Assembly (NCBI GenBank): GCA_965202585.1
Contig: CBDBBG010000333.1
Location: 1 to 62,298 of the forward strand
DNA: 62,298 nt
Reading direction: 5' to 3'
From: Thalia democratica
Taxonomy: Eukaryota
In this document: piece by piece, positions 11,297 to 26,460 of the stretch
Layout of the letters: each line of letters begins with the position of its first letter
Position numbering within the stretch: the stretch's first letter is position 1
Made by a program: the position numbers and the translations under genes
Notes under the pieces: generated by a model
The model's input: the letters and a program-made list of their open reading frames with translations, nothing else
Database searches by the model: none
Told to the model about the DNA's origin: nothing

Positions 11297-11396
11297 CTAA
11301 TTTGCATATTTTCAACTTAGCATTGTTTTATGCATTTTGAGTTACGTTATATTTTGTTTGAGTGGTCCTGAAAAGGACCTTGGGTAAAAGAACAAC

Positions 11397-11951
11397 TTAT
11401 TTTTTACAGCTCTTCTTCTTGGATGCTTTTTTGGCTGCCGGCTTCTTCTTGGTTACTTTCTTCTTCTTGCTTGCAGCTTTTTTAGATGCTGCCTTCTTAG
11501 GAGCGCACTTTTTAGCAGGTCGCTTTTTGGCTGCTGGTTTTTTTGCAGCCTTCTTGGGAGCACACTTCTTTTTTGGTTTTTTAGCTGGGGCCTTCTTTGC
11601 TGCTGGCTTTTTAGCTACTTTCTTTGTCCTCTTCTTGGGCCCAGCAGCTGGCATTGGAGCAAGCTTGAACGAGCCAGAAGCGCCTTTTCCAGTTGTCTGG
11701 AGAAAAGCACCTTTGGTCACGCCGCTGGTAAGTGCTCTCTTCAAGTGAGAATTGGAAGCTGTGAGGTCAAGCTTGTAGGTGTCCGCGATATACTTTTGTA
11801 TCTTCTGGCGGGATGTACCTTTTCGTTCCTTCATTGCTCCAAGGGCAGAGCTAATCATTTCCCTGTAAGTAGGGTGCTCTGCCTTCTTGGCGCTTGGTCT
11901 CTTGGAAGACCTGGCTGGCGCTGGTACTGCTGCTACTGCTGTGGTAGACAT
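11397..11951 (-). CDS. H1: Histone H1, unit 2
   Basis: Same translation as unit 1. Confidence 0.95.
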   Translation of the reverse strand: MSTTAVAAVPAPARSSKRPSAKKAEHPTYREMISSALGAMKERKGTSRQKIQKYIADTYKLDLTASNSHLKRALTSGVTKGAFLQTTGKGASGSFKLAPMPAAGPKKRTKKVAKKPAAKKAPAKKPKKKCAPKKAAKKPAAKKRPAKKCAPKKAASKKAASKKKKVTKKKPAAKKASKKKSCKK

Positions 11952-14900
11952 GATGAATGAATATTAAAGCGACCAAAACGATACTTGCAAGAGTTACTGA
12001 CTGTGACGAATTGACTGTTGAGCAGTTATGCTTTGCAAGGTACCTTTTACTTCTTAATATAAGCATTAGCATGTTTGTTTAAGACATATATGCTTATAAA
12101 AACTTAGTTGTCTTATTAAGAATGTTGAAAAAGTTCCAGTAAGAAAGAAACCATATTTAACTTGTTCTAAAAGTAATTTTTTTAAAGCATTAGTTTGAAA
12201 AGTCCAGAAATAACAGCCTGTATCTTACAGCACACCTCTAAATACATTAAGAAAAACATAAATGAAACAAAACATGTTAACACACTCCCGACTGAGTTTT
12301 CCTTTGCCGCTCACCTAAAGTAATAAAGTTTTAACAAAGCACAAGGTTTTTTTTTACCTTAAACAAAATTTCATTATATCGATTTCATGGAGTTTTGTTA
12401 ATCGTAAGTTCTATCAAGTATGTTCAAGTTAATTACAGTTTAAACTAATGTGTAAAAAGTAATTCCAAAAGAATAAAAGTGTTCATTTTTTTTAGCTTTA
12501 CTGCTTATGATTACTCATAAGCAATGTACTCAAAACTTTTATTAAACAGACAACTAGATAGCTTTGTTGTTGCACATACTAGTAACTTACCTTACAACAA
12601 TGTTTTCCAAACAACCTTTCAAAAACGTGCTGTACAGTAACTATGATGATACTTGTTTAAAGTTGTAAACTACATTTAAACACAAACTTTATTTTTCAGT
12701 GTGTATGAAAAACTAGTTTAAAAGATAAGTAGTTTAACATTCAATTAGTGTTTCAAACAACTGATTGAAGCTGTTATACAGTTTAAAAAATAACTGATGC
12801 AATTTTGCTCGTTAAACTTAAACCTTGATCAAACTAAGAACTTTAACTTTGCAGATTTCAACCGAATAAAGTGTGCTGATAAAAGTGAACAAATGGATTT
12901 GGTTGTAAATTTTCCAAACAAAATAAAGTTAATTAAATTCAAAGAAGTAAATAAGTCGAAAAAGCTTATGAACACTAGCACTAAATTTGAACTTAAACAA
13001 AAGCTGATACCTTTTGGATGAAAAATTTTACGTAAAAAAAGAGGTTGGTTTATTTTTTAAGCAGCATTATATACAAAATAAAATCGAGTAAGAAAATCTA
13101 AATGAAAAAGTTTAGAAATAAGATTGACAAACTTAGTGTTTGAATAAAGCTTTGTTTACAATCAGCACTCATAACCTTTCAATCTATCTTTGAAACTTTT
13201 TAACTGGAAAATAATGCAAGTAAGTTTTTTTTTCAAACTTTGTTTTGTCACTTCTCATAAAGTTTTAAAGTCAGTCGAAACAACATAGAACAACTTACTA
13301 CTTTCTTGAAACATATTTTGAAACAACAACAGTACTGTCTTTTAAAGTTTACGATTGAAGTGCTTACCAAGTTAAACATGTGTTTTAACTGCTTTACTGC
13401 TAATAGTGATTTCTTAGTTTACTCAACCTAGATTAATCATAATGTTCTGTACCATTGATTTCATTGACTAAATGTTTGCTTTTCAAAATTCGTAACTAGT
13501 TATCTCTAGCTTACTGTTAATGTAGTTAAAAACACAGCTTAGGATAAGTTACATTTTATTCTCGGATGTCGTTAAGAACATAGCTGTTGTAGCAATAACA
13601 TATAAACTTGAAACAAAGTAACTGTTATCTTATTCAATTATAGACCATATAAAACAAAGTATTTGCTTGATTCAAAGTTTTACATTGTTGTTTGCCTATT
13701 ATGGAACTTGTACCATCACATAATAAGCTGTAAAAAAATGAAGGCTAAAAAAAGTTTTGGTTTCGCTTTGTCCAGTTTTTTCTTCTTCTTTAGATTTATA
13801 AAAACTACACAGCTTAAAGCAACAAGTTACAGTAATTTCAGTTTACTTATGTATAGCGTACATAAGGCTAACAAACAAGTGGTAACAAGTTTTTTGCTTC
13901 TTTTCTTTGTACCATGTTTTAGCTAATCAATTGGTTTATTTCATATGCTTGACAAGATTAGAAAGCTTAAATCAAGTAAGTAGATGTAAGCTTTGTAAAA
14001 TAAAAGATTTGTTTATACAAGTTCATCATTTTATTAAGGTATTTTGTTTTGTAAATTGTGTACTTGTTAATAGTGTTCTCTTTCTTTTGAACAATCGATG
14101 TTGTTTACATTTATGTGTTACACCAGTTTTGAATTGTTAAGCATGTTTCAGTTGTAGTTTAATTGTAATTGAACAGCATTTTTTAAGGACACTAAACATT
14201 GTTTGTTATTAACAGTTTAAAACGTTTTCAGTTAATAAGTCAAAGTTTTATTTTTATTTCTGTTTAAGCGTACTATTTTCATTGAAAAATACAAATAGTT
14301 TTTACAGTGACGTAGGCACAGTATTTTTTTAATAAACTAAAAAACAAATGAAATATTGAATTAAAAAATGTCCACAAAGTTAATGAGAATAAGTTTTATT
14401 TGGAAAAGAAAGTTAAAAGGAAAAAAGCCACGAAAAAGACACTCAAGTTAGTTAAAGCTTTTCACTAAGCATTCGATAATAGTAAGCAATAAAGTAAGGA
14501 TTAGAGCAGTTATCTAGCTAGAGTTCCCTTCTTAACAGTTGCATAAAAAAAGTATAGTAGAGAAATTTGGCAAGCTAGGTATTTAATAAATAATGGGCTT
14601 TATAATTTGGAAGGAAATATGTTTTTGATTCTTTATCACCACAAAGTTGATTAAGTATGTTTATTTGTGTTGTTGAGTTTAGTAGTCATTAGTAGCTTGT
14701 GTAATTAATTGGTGATCCACCTAATCTTTAGATTTAAAAAGTACATAGCTTAAAACAAACAAGTATCGTCGTTTTGAGTTGTCTCATACATAGTTTAAAA
14801 AAGAGTTACAAAAAATTGTAACAAGCTGTTCTTTTTTACCGTGGAATCATTTTGTAATTTGTCATAGCCACAGAAAAAATGAGTTCAACAAAACAAGTAT

Positions 14901-16481
14901 GAGCTTTGTAAGCAGAAAGATTATTTCAATTGTATGTTTGTTTTAAACAATCACTGTTGTCTACATTAGTTTGACTGTTCAACTTTTAAACAGTTTTTTA
15001 TTGTTTCATTTGCATTCTGATAAATAAAACTAATACTTATTTGACAATCAGACCTTAAACAAATATCATTGAGCATTTTTAGTATCAACGCAAAGTAAAT
15101 TTTTCTTCTCATTTAATATAATGTCTTATTTAAGCATAAATTTTTAGTTAGTGACAGATTGATTTTTTTATTAAACTAACAACAAATATGTATTGAGTGT
15201 TTGAAAAACAAGTTTACAAAGTAAAATGAACTAGAATAAGTTTTGTTTAAACAATAAGTTAAACAAGAAAATTCCCATTAAAAAACATTTTTACCTAACA
15301 TTTAAATACTAGTGAAGCAGAAAAACTTATTCTACATTATCAAAAGTAGTTTAAAATGTCAAGTAGAACTACAAAAACTGAAGTAAGTGTAACTAACTAG
15401 TAGAAATAAAAACAGAGAAATTCAGTTTTAGAAAGTTTATTTAGAAGTTATTGAAATACACTAACTGTTACTTTTTACCAACACGCACAATGTAGATATA
15501 AATTTGTACATTTTTTGTCGCTTAGTTTAAGCTTGTTTGACACTGTTTACTCGACATTAGTAGCTGCTTAAATCAACTGGTGGTCCTGATTACTTTAGAT
15601 ATGTAGAAACATAACTTTCAACAAACTACTAGAGTTGTTAAAGGTCAGTAAGTTGTCTCATATCTAGTTAAAACAAGTACCTTTTACTTTGAAAACTAGA
15701 ATAATAAATTACTTAAAAAAGTACAAGCAGCTACTTTTTTGTGTTTTACCAAGTTTCAACCAATGAGCTGGTTTGTTTTGTGTGTTTATGTTTTGAATTG
15801 AAAATGTTTCTTGAATATGCTAAACAGAAGTTAGCTTTGAAAGAAGGAATATGTTGTTTTACTTGAAAACACATCTGTAATTTTTTGTTTTGAACAACCA
15901 TTTTTGTATTCATTTATGTATTCGTAACTTTTTAAAACGTGTTACATGGCTTCAATTGCAGTTAAGTTGATAAGAAGAACTCGTTTAAAAAGTTAAAGCT
16001 CGGTTGTGTTACTAATAATCAACAACAACTTAAAATAAAGTTACAACTAAGTTTTTGCATGTTATAAGTGATATACATTTTTGTTTAAAAAGATGATACT
16101 TTTTTGTAAGCACTTATTTATTGAATGTTTCAACAGAACTTCAGCAAATGAATAAAAACAAGTGTTTTGTACAAAAAGTATTCAGATGAAAAATCTTACG
16201 GACAACAAAATCAAGTTAGTTAAACATCTTTTACAAACCATTTGATTACAAGCACTACTACTGTTTTTAGACTAATGCAATGCTTTTTCTACAATATAAC
16301 GAGTTACAAGTTTATAAAGTATTTGAAACAAAAAAAAAGTGTGTTCATTCAAGTATATGAGTTTTTAATTTACACAAATAAGAATTTATTTGTACTAAGC
16401 TTATATTCTTGTACTTTAAGTAAACATGAACAGCTGGTTCTATTCAAATGGTGGTCCTAAAAAGGACCGGTTGTTTAGCGT

Positions 16482-16841
16482 TTATTTTGAGCTGGTGTAT
16501 TTGGTAACAGCTTTAGTTCCTTCTGAAACTGCGTGCTTTGACAACTCGCCGGGGAGCAAGAGCCTGACAGCAGTTTGAATTTCGCGGCTGCTAACAGTTG
16601 ACCTCTTGTTGTAATGAGCCAAACGTGAAGCCTCTGCTGCAATGCGCTCGAAGATGTCGTTGACAAATGAGTTCATGATTCCCATTGCCTTGCTGGAAAT
16701 TCCGGTGTCGGGGTGCACTTGCTTCAAAACTTTGTACACGTAGATGCCAAAGCTTTCTTTGTTTCTCCTCCTTCGCTTCTTCTTGCCGTCGACCGGAGCG
16801 GTCTTGGCTACTGACTTCTTCGCGCCTTTGGTTGCTGTCAT
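16482..16841 (-). CDS. H2B: Histone H2B, unit 3
   Basis: Same translation as unit 1. Confidence 0.96.
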   Translation of the reverse strand: MTATKGAKKSVAKTAPVDGKKKRRRRNKESFGIYVYKVLKQVHPDTGISSKAMGIMNSFVNDIFERIAAEASRLAHYNKRSTVSSREIQTAVRLLLPGELSKHAVSEGTKAVTKYTSSK

Positions 16842-17004
16842 GATGATGTGTGGACTTCTGTCTCGGCGCCGGTTTATATCCTGAAAAATTATGCAAATTA
16901 GCATAGTTCCGTACGCGAACGATAGCTGGTTTCTCTCACTTCACAATTCTCTCGTTTGTTGTAAATATTTTGGTGGTCCTGAAAAGGACCTGGTTTTTTT
17001 TAAC

Positions 17005-17385
17005 TTAGGCTGACTTTTTTGAAGCGGTCTTCTTAGGCAATAGTACTGCCTGGATGTTTGGAAGAACACCACCTTGAGCAATTGTGACGCCTCCGAGAAG
17101 TTTGTTCAACTCTTCGTCGTTGCGAATAGCTAGTTGCAAATGGCGAGGAATGATCCTGCTTTTCTTGTTGTCACGAGCAGCGTTACCGGCAAGCTCGAGC
17201 ACTTCTGCGCTCAAGTACTCGAGAACGGCAGCCAGATAAACTGGAGCACCAGCTCCGACTCTTTGGCTGTAGTTGCCGGTGCGCAACAGGCGGTGCACGC
17301 GACCGACTGGAAACTGCAGTCCTGCACGGGAAGACCTGCTCTTCGGCTTAGATTTGAGTTTTGATCCTTTACCACGTCCTGACAT
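17005..17385 (-). CDS. H2A: Histone H2A, unit 3
   Basis: Same translation as unit 1. Confidence 0.97.
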   Translation of the reverse strand: MSGRGKGSKLKSKPKSRSSRAGLQFPVGRVHRLLRTGNYSQRVGAGAPVYLAAVLEYLSAEVLELAGNAARDNKKSRIIPRHLQLAIRNDEELNKLLGGVTIAQGGVLPNIQAVLLPKKTASKKSA

Positions 17386-17567
17386 TTTGTTGTTCGAATG
17401 ATTGTGATGATAGCTTGCACAGCTCAATATACAACTCATACCTAACCGCGTCGAACAAAAAACTAATTTGCATATGTCATAGCTAATGCTTAATCTTGTC
17501 AAAAGTGTTGTAAAACTTTTATATTGAATTAGGTGGTCCTAAAAAGGACCGGGTTTGCTAAAAGCGA

Positions 17568-17915
<348 letters not shown>

Positions 17916-18059
17916 TTATATACAAGCTGTTACGGACGCGTACGGTAACTACTAACTAATTTGCATACTCAAAAAAGTCTCTTAACTTACGTTCGGTTAA
18001 GTTTTTCTCACTGTCAAGGTTTTAAGGTGGCCCTGAAAAGGACCGGTTTTAGCTAACGC

Positions 18060-18551
<492 letters not shown>

Positions 18552-18651
18552 CTAATTTGCATATTTTCAACTTAGCATTGTTTTATGCATTTTGAGTTAC
18601 GTTATATTTTGTTTGAGTGGTCCTGAAAAGGACCTTGGGTAAAAGAACAAC

Positions 18652-19206
18652 TTATTTTTTACAGCTCTTCTTCTTGGATGCTTTTTTGGCTGCCGGCTTC
18701 TTCTTGGTTACTTTCTTCTTCTTGCTTGCAGCTTTTTTAGATGCTGCCTTCTTAGGAGCGCACTTTTTAGCAGGTCGCTTTTTGGCTGCTGGTTTTTTTG
18801 CAGCCTTCTTGGGAGCACACTTCTTTTTTGGTTTTTTAGCTGGGGCCTTCTTTGCTGCTGGCTTTTTAGCTACTTTCTTTGTCCTCTTCTTGGGCCCAGC
18901 AGCTGGCATTGGAGCAAGCTTGAACGAGCCAGAAGCGCCTTTTCCAGTTGTCTGGAGAAAAGCACCTTTGGTCACGCCGCTGGTAAGTGCTCTCTTCAAG
19001 TGAGAATTGGAAGCTGTGAGGTCAAGCTTGTAGGTGTCCGCGATATACTTTTGTATCTTCTGGCGGGATGTACCTTTTCGTTCCTTCATTGCTCCAAGGG
19101 CAGAGCTAATCATTTCCCTGTAAGTAGGGTGCTCTGCCTTCTTGGCGCTTGGTCTCTTGGAAGACCTGGCTGGCGCTGGTACTGCTGCTACTGCTGTGGT
19201 AGACAT
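18652..19206 (-). CDS. H1: Histone H1, unit 3
   Basis: Same translation as unit 1. Confidence 0.95.
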   Translation of the reverse strand: MSTTAVAAVPAPARSSKRPSAKKAEHPTYREMISSALGAMKERKGTSRQKIQKYIADTYKLDLTASNSHLKRALTSGVTKGAFLQTTGKGASGSFKLAPMPAAGPKKRTKKVAKKPAAKKAPAKKPKKKCAPKKAAKKPAAKKRPAKKCAPKKAASKKAASKKKKVTKKKPAAKKASKKKSCKK

Positions 19207-22200
19207 GATGAATGAATATTAAAGCGACCAAAACGATACTTGCAAGAGTTACTGACTGTGACGAATTGACTGTTGAGCAGTTATGCTTTGCAAGGTACCT
19301 TTTACTTCTTAATATAAGCATTAGCATGTTTGTTTAAGACATATATGCTTATAAAAACTTAGTTGTCTTATTAAGAATGTTGAAAAAGTTCCAGTAAGAA
19401 AGAAACCATATTTAACTTGTTCTAAAAGTAATTTTTTTAAAGCATTAGTTTGAAAAGTCCAGAAATAACAGCCTGTATCTTACAGCACACCTCTAAATAC
19501 ATTAAGAAAAACATAAATGAAACAAAACATGTTAACACACTCCCGACTGAGTTTTCCTTTGCCGCTCACCTAAAGTAATAAAGTTTTAACAAAGCACAAG
19601 GTTTTTTTTTACCTTAAACAAAATTTCATTATATCGATTTCATGGAGTTTTGTTAATCGTAAGTTCTATCAAGTATGTTCAAGTTAATTACAGTTTAAAC
19701 TAATGTGTAAAAAGTAATTCCAAAAGAATAAAAGTGTTCATTTTTTTTAGCTTTACTGCTTATGATTACTCATAAGCAATGTACTCAAAACTTTTATTAA
19801 ACAGACAACTAGATAGCTTTGTTGTTGCACATACTAGTAACTTACCTTACAACAATGTTTTCCAAACAACCTTTCAAAAACGTGCTGTACAGTAACTATG
19901 ATGATACTTGTTTAAAGTTGTAAACTACATTTAAACACAAACTTTATTTTTCAGTGTGTATGAAAAACTAGTTTAAAAGATAAGTAGTTTAACATTCAAT
20001 TAGTGTTTCAAACAACTGATTGAAGCTGTTATACAGTTTAAAAAATAACTGATGCAATTTTGCTCGTTAAACTTAAACCTTGATCAAACTAAGAACTTTA
20101 ACTTTGCAGATTTCAACCGAATAAAGTGTGCTGATAAAAGTGAACAAATGGATTTGGTTGTAAATTTTCCAAACAAAATAAAGTTAATTAAATTCAAAGA
20201 AGTAAATAAGTCGAAAAAGCTTATGAACACTAGCACTAAATTTGAACTTAAACAAAAGCTGATACCTTTTGGATGAAAAATTTTACGTAAAAAAAGAGGT
20301 TGGTTTATTTTTTAAGCAGCATTATATACAAAATAAAATCGAGTAAGAAAATCTAAATGAAAAAGTTTAGAGTTAAGATTGACAAACTTAGTGTTTGAAT
20401 AAAGCTTTGTTTACAATCAGCACTCATAACCTTTCAATCTATCTTTGAAACTTTTTAACTGGAAAATAATGCAAGTAAGTTTTTTTTTCAAACTTTGTTT
20501 TGTCACTTCTCATAAAGTTTTAAAGTCAGTCGAAACAACATAGAACAACTTACTACTTTCTTGAAACATATTTTGAAACAACAACAGTACTGTCTTTTAA
20601 AGTTTACGATTGAAGTGCTTACCAAGTTAAACATGTGTTTTAACTGCTTTACTGCTAATAGTGATTTCTTAGTTTACTCAACCTAGATTAATCATAATGT
20701 TCTGTACCATTGATTTCATTGACTAAATGTTTGCTTTTCAAAATTCGTAACTAGTTATCTCTAGCTTACTGTTAATGTAGTTAAAAACACAGCTTAGGAT
20801 AAGTTACATTTTATTCTCGGATGTCGTTAAGAACATAGCTGTTGTAGCAATAACATATAAACTTGAAACAAAGTAACTGTTATCTTATTCAATTATAGAC
20901 CATATAAAACAAAGTATTTGCTTGATTCAAAGTTTTACATTGTTGTTTGCCTATTATGGAACTTGTACCATCACATAATAAGCTGTAAAAAAATGAAGGC
21001 TAAAAAAAGTTTTGGTTTCGCTTTGTCCAGTTTTTTCTTCTTCTTTAGATTTATAAAAACTACACAGCTTAAAGCAACAAGTTACAGTAATTTCAGTTTA
21101 CTTATGTATAGCGTACATAAGGCTAACAAACAAGTGGTAACAAGTTTTTTGCTTCTTTTCTTTGTACCATGTTTTAGCTAATCAATTGGTTTATTTCATA
21201 TGCTTGACAAGATTAGAAAGCTTAAATCAAGTAAGTAGATGTAAGCTTTGTAAAATAAAAGATTTGTTTATACAAGTTCATCATTTTATTAAGGTATTTT
21301 GTTTTGTAAATTGTGTACTTGTTAATAGTGTTCTCTTTCTTTTGAACAATCGATGTTGTTTACATTTATGTGTTACACCAGTTTTGAATTGTTAAGCATG
21401 TTTCAGTTGTAGTTTAATTGTAATTGAACAGCATTTTTTAAGGACACTAAACATTGTTTGTTATTAACAGTTTAAAACGTTTTCAGTTAATAAGTCAAAG
21501 TTTTATTTTTATTTCTGTTTAAGCGTACTATTTTCATTGAAAAATACAAATAGTTTTTACAGTGACGTAGGCACAGTATTTTTTTAATAAACTAAAAAAC
21601 AAATGAAATATTGAATTAAAAAATGTCCACAAAGTTAATGAGAATAAGTTTTATTTGGAAAAGAAAGTTAAAAGGAAAAAAGCCACGAAAAAGACACTCA
21701 AGTTAGTTAAAGCTTTTCACTAAGCATTCGATAATAGTAAGCAATAAAGTAAGGATTAGAGCAGTTATCTAGCTAGAGTTCCCTTCTTAACAGTTGCATA
21801 AAAAAAGTATAGTAGAGAAATTTGGCAAGCTAGGTATTTAATAAATAATGGGCTTTATAATTTGGAAGGAAATATGTTTTTGATTCTTTATCACCACAAA
21901 GTTGATTAAGTATGTTTATTTGTGTTGTTGAGTTTAGTAGTCATTAGTAGCTTGTGTAATTAATTGGTGATCCACCTAATCTTTAGATTTAAAAAGTACA
22001 TAGCTTAAAACAAACAAGTATCGTCGTTTTGAGTTGTCTCATACATAGTTTAAAAAAGAGTTACAAAAAATTGTAACAAGCTGTTCTTTTTTACCGTGGA
22101 ATCATTTTGTAATTTGTCATAGCCACAGAAAAAATGAGTTCAACAAAACAAGTATGAGCTTTGTAAGCAGAAAGATTATTTCAATTGTATGTTTGTTTTA

Positions 22201-23736
22201 AACAATCACTGTTGTCTACATTAGTTTGACTGTTCAACTTTTAAACAGTTTTTTATTGTTTCATTTGCATTCTGATAAATAAAACTAATACTTATTTGAC
22301 AATCAGACCTTAAACAAATATCATTGAGCATTTTTAGTATCAACGCAAAGTAAATTTTTCTTCTCATTTAATATAATGTCTTATTTAAGCATAAATTTTT
22401 AGTTAGTGACAGATTGATTTTTTTATTAAACTAACAACAAATATGTATTGAGTGTTTGAAAAACAAGTTTACAAAGTAAAATGAACTAGAATAAGTTTTG
22501 TTTAAACAATAAGTTAAACAAGAAAATTCCCATTAAAAAACATTTTTACCTAACATTTAAATACTAGTGAAGCAGAAAAACTTATTCTACATTATCAAAA
22601 GTAGTTTAAAATGTCAAGTAGAACTACAAAAACTGAAGTAAGTGTAACTAACTAGTAGAAATAAAAACAGAGAAATTCAGTTTTAGAAAGTTTATTTAGA
22701 AGTTATTGAAATACACTAACTGTTACTTTTTACCAACACGCACAATGTAGATATAAATTTGTACATTTTTTGTCGCTTAGTTTAAGCTTGTTTGACACTG
22801 TTTACTCGACATTAGTAGCTGCTTAAATCAACTGGTGGTCCTGATTACTTTAGATATGTAGAAACATAACTTTCAACAAACTACTAGAGTTGTTAAAGGT
22901 CAGTAAGTTGTCTCATATCTAGTTAAAACAAGTACCTTTTACTTTGAAAACTAGAATAATAAATTACTTAAAAAAGTACAAGCAGCTACTTTTTTGTGTT
23001 TTACCAAGTTTCAACCAATGAGCTGGTTTGTTTTGTGTGTTTATGTTTTGAATTGAAAATGTTTCTTGAATATGCTAAACAGAAGTTAGCTTTGAAAGAA
23101 GGAATATGTTGTTTTACTTGAAAACACATCTGTAATTTTTTGTTTTGAACAACCATTTTTGTATTCATTTATGTATTCGTAACTTTTTAAAACGTGTTAC
23201 ATGGCTTCAATTGCAGTTAAGTTGATAAGAAGAACTCGTTTAAAAAGTTAAAGCTCGGTTGTGTTACTAATAATCAACAACAACTTAAAATAAAGTTACA
23301 ACTAAGTTTTTGCATGTTATAAGTGATATACATTTTTGTTTAAAAAGATGATACTTTTTTGTAAGCACTTATTTATTGAATGTTTCAACAGAACTTCAGC
23401 AAATGAATAAAAACAAGTGTTTTGTACAAAAAGTATTCAGATGAAAAATCTTACGGACAACAAAATCAAGTTAGTTAAACATCTTTTACAAACCATTTGA
23501 TTACAAGCACTACTACTGTTTTTAGACTAATGCAATGCTTTTTCTACAATATAACGAGTTACAAGTTTATAAAGTATTTGAAACAAAAAAAAAGTGTGTT
23601 CATTCAAGTATATGAGTTTTTAATTTACACAAATAAGAATTTATTTGTACTAAGCTTATATTCTTGTACTTTAAGTAAACATGAACAGCTGGTTCTATTC
23701 AAATGGTGGTCCTAAAAAGGACCGGTTGTTTAGCGT

Positions 23737-24096
23737 TTATTTTGAGCTGGTGTATTTGGTAACAGCTTTAGTTCCTTCTGAAACTGCGTGCTTTGACAAC
23801 TCGCCGGGGAGCAAGAGCCTGACAGCAGTTTGAATTTCGCGGCTGCTAACAGTTGACCTCTTGTTGTAATGAGCCAAACGTGAAGCCTCTGCTGCAATGC
23901 GCTCGAAGATGTCGTTGACAAATGAGTTCATGATTCCCATTGCCTTGCTGGAAATTCCGGTGTCGGGGTGCACTTGCTTCAAAACTTTGTACACGTAGAT
24001 GCCAAAGCTTTCTTTGTTTCTCCTCCTTCGCTTCTTCTTGCCGTCGACCGGAGCGGTCTTGGCTACTGACTTCTTCGCGCCTTTGGTTGCTGTCAT
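23737..24096 (-). CDS. H2B: Histone H2B, unit 4
   Basis: Same translation as unit 1. Confidence 0.96.
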   Translation of the reverse strand: MTATKGAKKSVAKTAPVDGKKKRRRRNKESFGIYVYKVLKQVHPDTGISSKAMGIMNSFVNDIFERIAAEASRLAHYNKRSTVSSREIQTAVRLLLPGELSKHAVSEGTKAVTKYTSSK

Positions 24097-24259
24097 GATG
24101 ATGTGTGGACTTCTGTCTCGGCGCCGGTTTATATCCTGAAAAATTATGCAAATTAGCATAGTTCCGTACGCGAACGATAGCTGGTTTCTCTCACTTCACA
24201 ATTCTCTCGTTTGTTGTAAATATTTTGGTGGTCCTGAAAAGGACCTGGTTTTTTTTAAC

Positions 24260-24640
24260 TTAGGCTGACTTTTTTGAAGCGGTCTTCTTAGGCAATAGTA
24301 CTGCCTGGATGTTTGGAAGAACACCACCTTGAGCAATTGTGACGCCTCCGAGAAGTTTGTTCAACTCTTCGTCGTTGCGAATAGCTAGTTGCAAATGGCG
24401 AGGAATGATCCTGCTTTTCTTGTTGTCACGAGCAGCGTTACCGGCAAGCTCGAGCACTTCTGCGCTCAAGTACTCGAGAACGGCAGCCAGATAAACTGGA
24501 GCACCAGCTCCGACTCTTTGGCTGTAGTTGCCGGTGCGCAACAGGCGGTGCACGCGACCGACTGGAAACTGCAGTCCTGCACGGGAAGACCTGCTCTTCG
24601 GCTTAGATTTGAGTTTTGATCCTTTACCACGTCCTGACAT
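24260..24640 (-). CDS. H2A: Histone H2A, unit 4
   Basis: Same translation as unit 1. Confidence 0.97.
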   Translation of the reverse strand: MSGRGKGSKLKSKPKSRSSRAGLQFPVGRVHRLLRTGNYSQRVGAGAPVYLAAVLEYLSAEVLELAGNAARDNKKSRIIPRHLQLAIRNDEELNKLLGGVTIAQGGVLPNIQAVLLPKKTASKKSA

Positions 24641-24822
24641 TTTGTTGTTCGAATGATTGTGATGATAGCTTGCACAGCTCAATATACAACTCATACCTAA
24701 CCGCGTCGAACAAAAAACTAATTTGCATATGTCATAGCTAATGCTTAATCTTGTCAAAAGTGTTGTAAAACTTTTATATTGAATTAGGTGGTCCTAAAAA
24801 GGACCGGGTTTGCTAAAAGCGA

Positions 24823-25170
<348 letters not shown>

Positions 25171-25314
25171 TTATATACAAGCTGTTACGGACGTGTACGG
25201 TAACTACTAACTAATTTGCATACTCAAAAAAGTCTCTTAACTTACGTTCGGTTAAGTTTTTCTCACTGTCAAGGTTTTAAGGTGGCCCTGAAAAGGACCG
25301 GTTTTAGCTAACGC

Positions 25315-25805
<491 letters not shown>

Positions 25806-25905
25806 CTAATTTGCATATTTTCAACTTAGCATTGTTTTATGCATTTTGAGTTACGTTATATTTTGTTTGAGTGGTCCTGAAAAGGACCTTGGGTAAAAGA
25901 ACAAC

Positions 25906-26460
25906 TTATTTTTTACAGCTCTTCTTCTTGGATGCTTTTTTGGCTGCCGGCTTCTTCTTGGTTACTTTCTTCTTCTTGCTTGCAGCTTTTTTAGATGCTG
26001 CCTTCTTAGGAGCGCACTTTTTAGCAGGTCGCTTTTTGGCTGCTGGTTTTTTTGCAGCCTTCTTGGGAGCACACTTCTTTTTTGGTTTTTTAGCTGGGGC
26101 CTTCTTTGCTGCTGGCTTTTTAGCTACTTTCTTTGTCCTCTTCTTGGGCCCAGCAGCTGGCATTGGAGCAAGCTTGAACGAGCCAGAAGCGCCTTTTCCA
26201 GTTGTCTGGAGAAAAGCACCTTTGGTCACGCCGCTGGTAAGTGCTCTCTTCAAGTGAGAATTGGAAGCTGTGAGGTCAAGCTTGTAGGTGTCCGCGATAT
26301 ACTTTTGTATCTTCTGGCGGGATGTACCTTTTCGTTCCTTCATTGCTCCAAGGGCAGAGCTAATCATTTCCCTGTAAGTAGGGTGCTCTGCCTTCTTGGC
26401 GCTTGGTCTCTTGGAAGACCTGGCTGGCGCTGGTACTGCTGCTACTGCTGTGGTAGACAT
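25906..26460 (-). CDS. H1: Histone H1, unit 4
   Basis: Same translation as unit 1. Confidence 0.95.
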   Translation of the reverse strand: MSTTAVAAVPAPARSSKRPSAKKAEHPTYREMISSALGAMKERKGTSRQKIQKYIADTYKLDLTASNSHLKRALTSGVTKGAFLQTTGKGASGSFKLAPMPAAGPKKRTKKVAKKPAAKKAPAKKPKKKCAPKKAAKKPAAKKRPAKKCAPKKAASKKAASKKKKVTKKKPAAKKASKKKSCKK

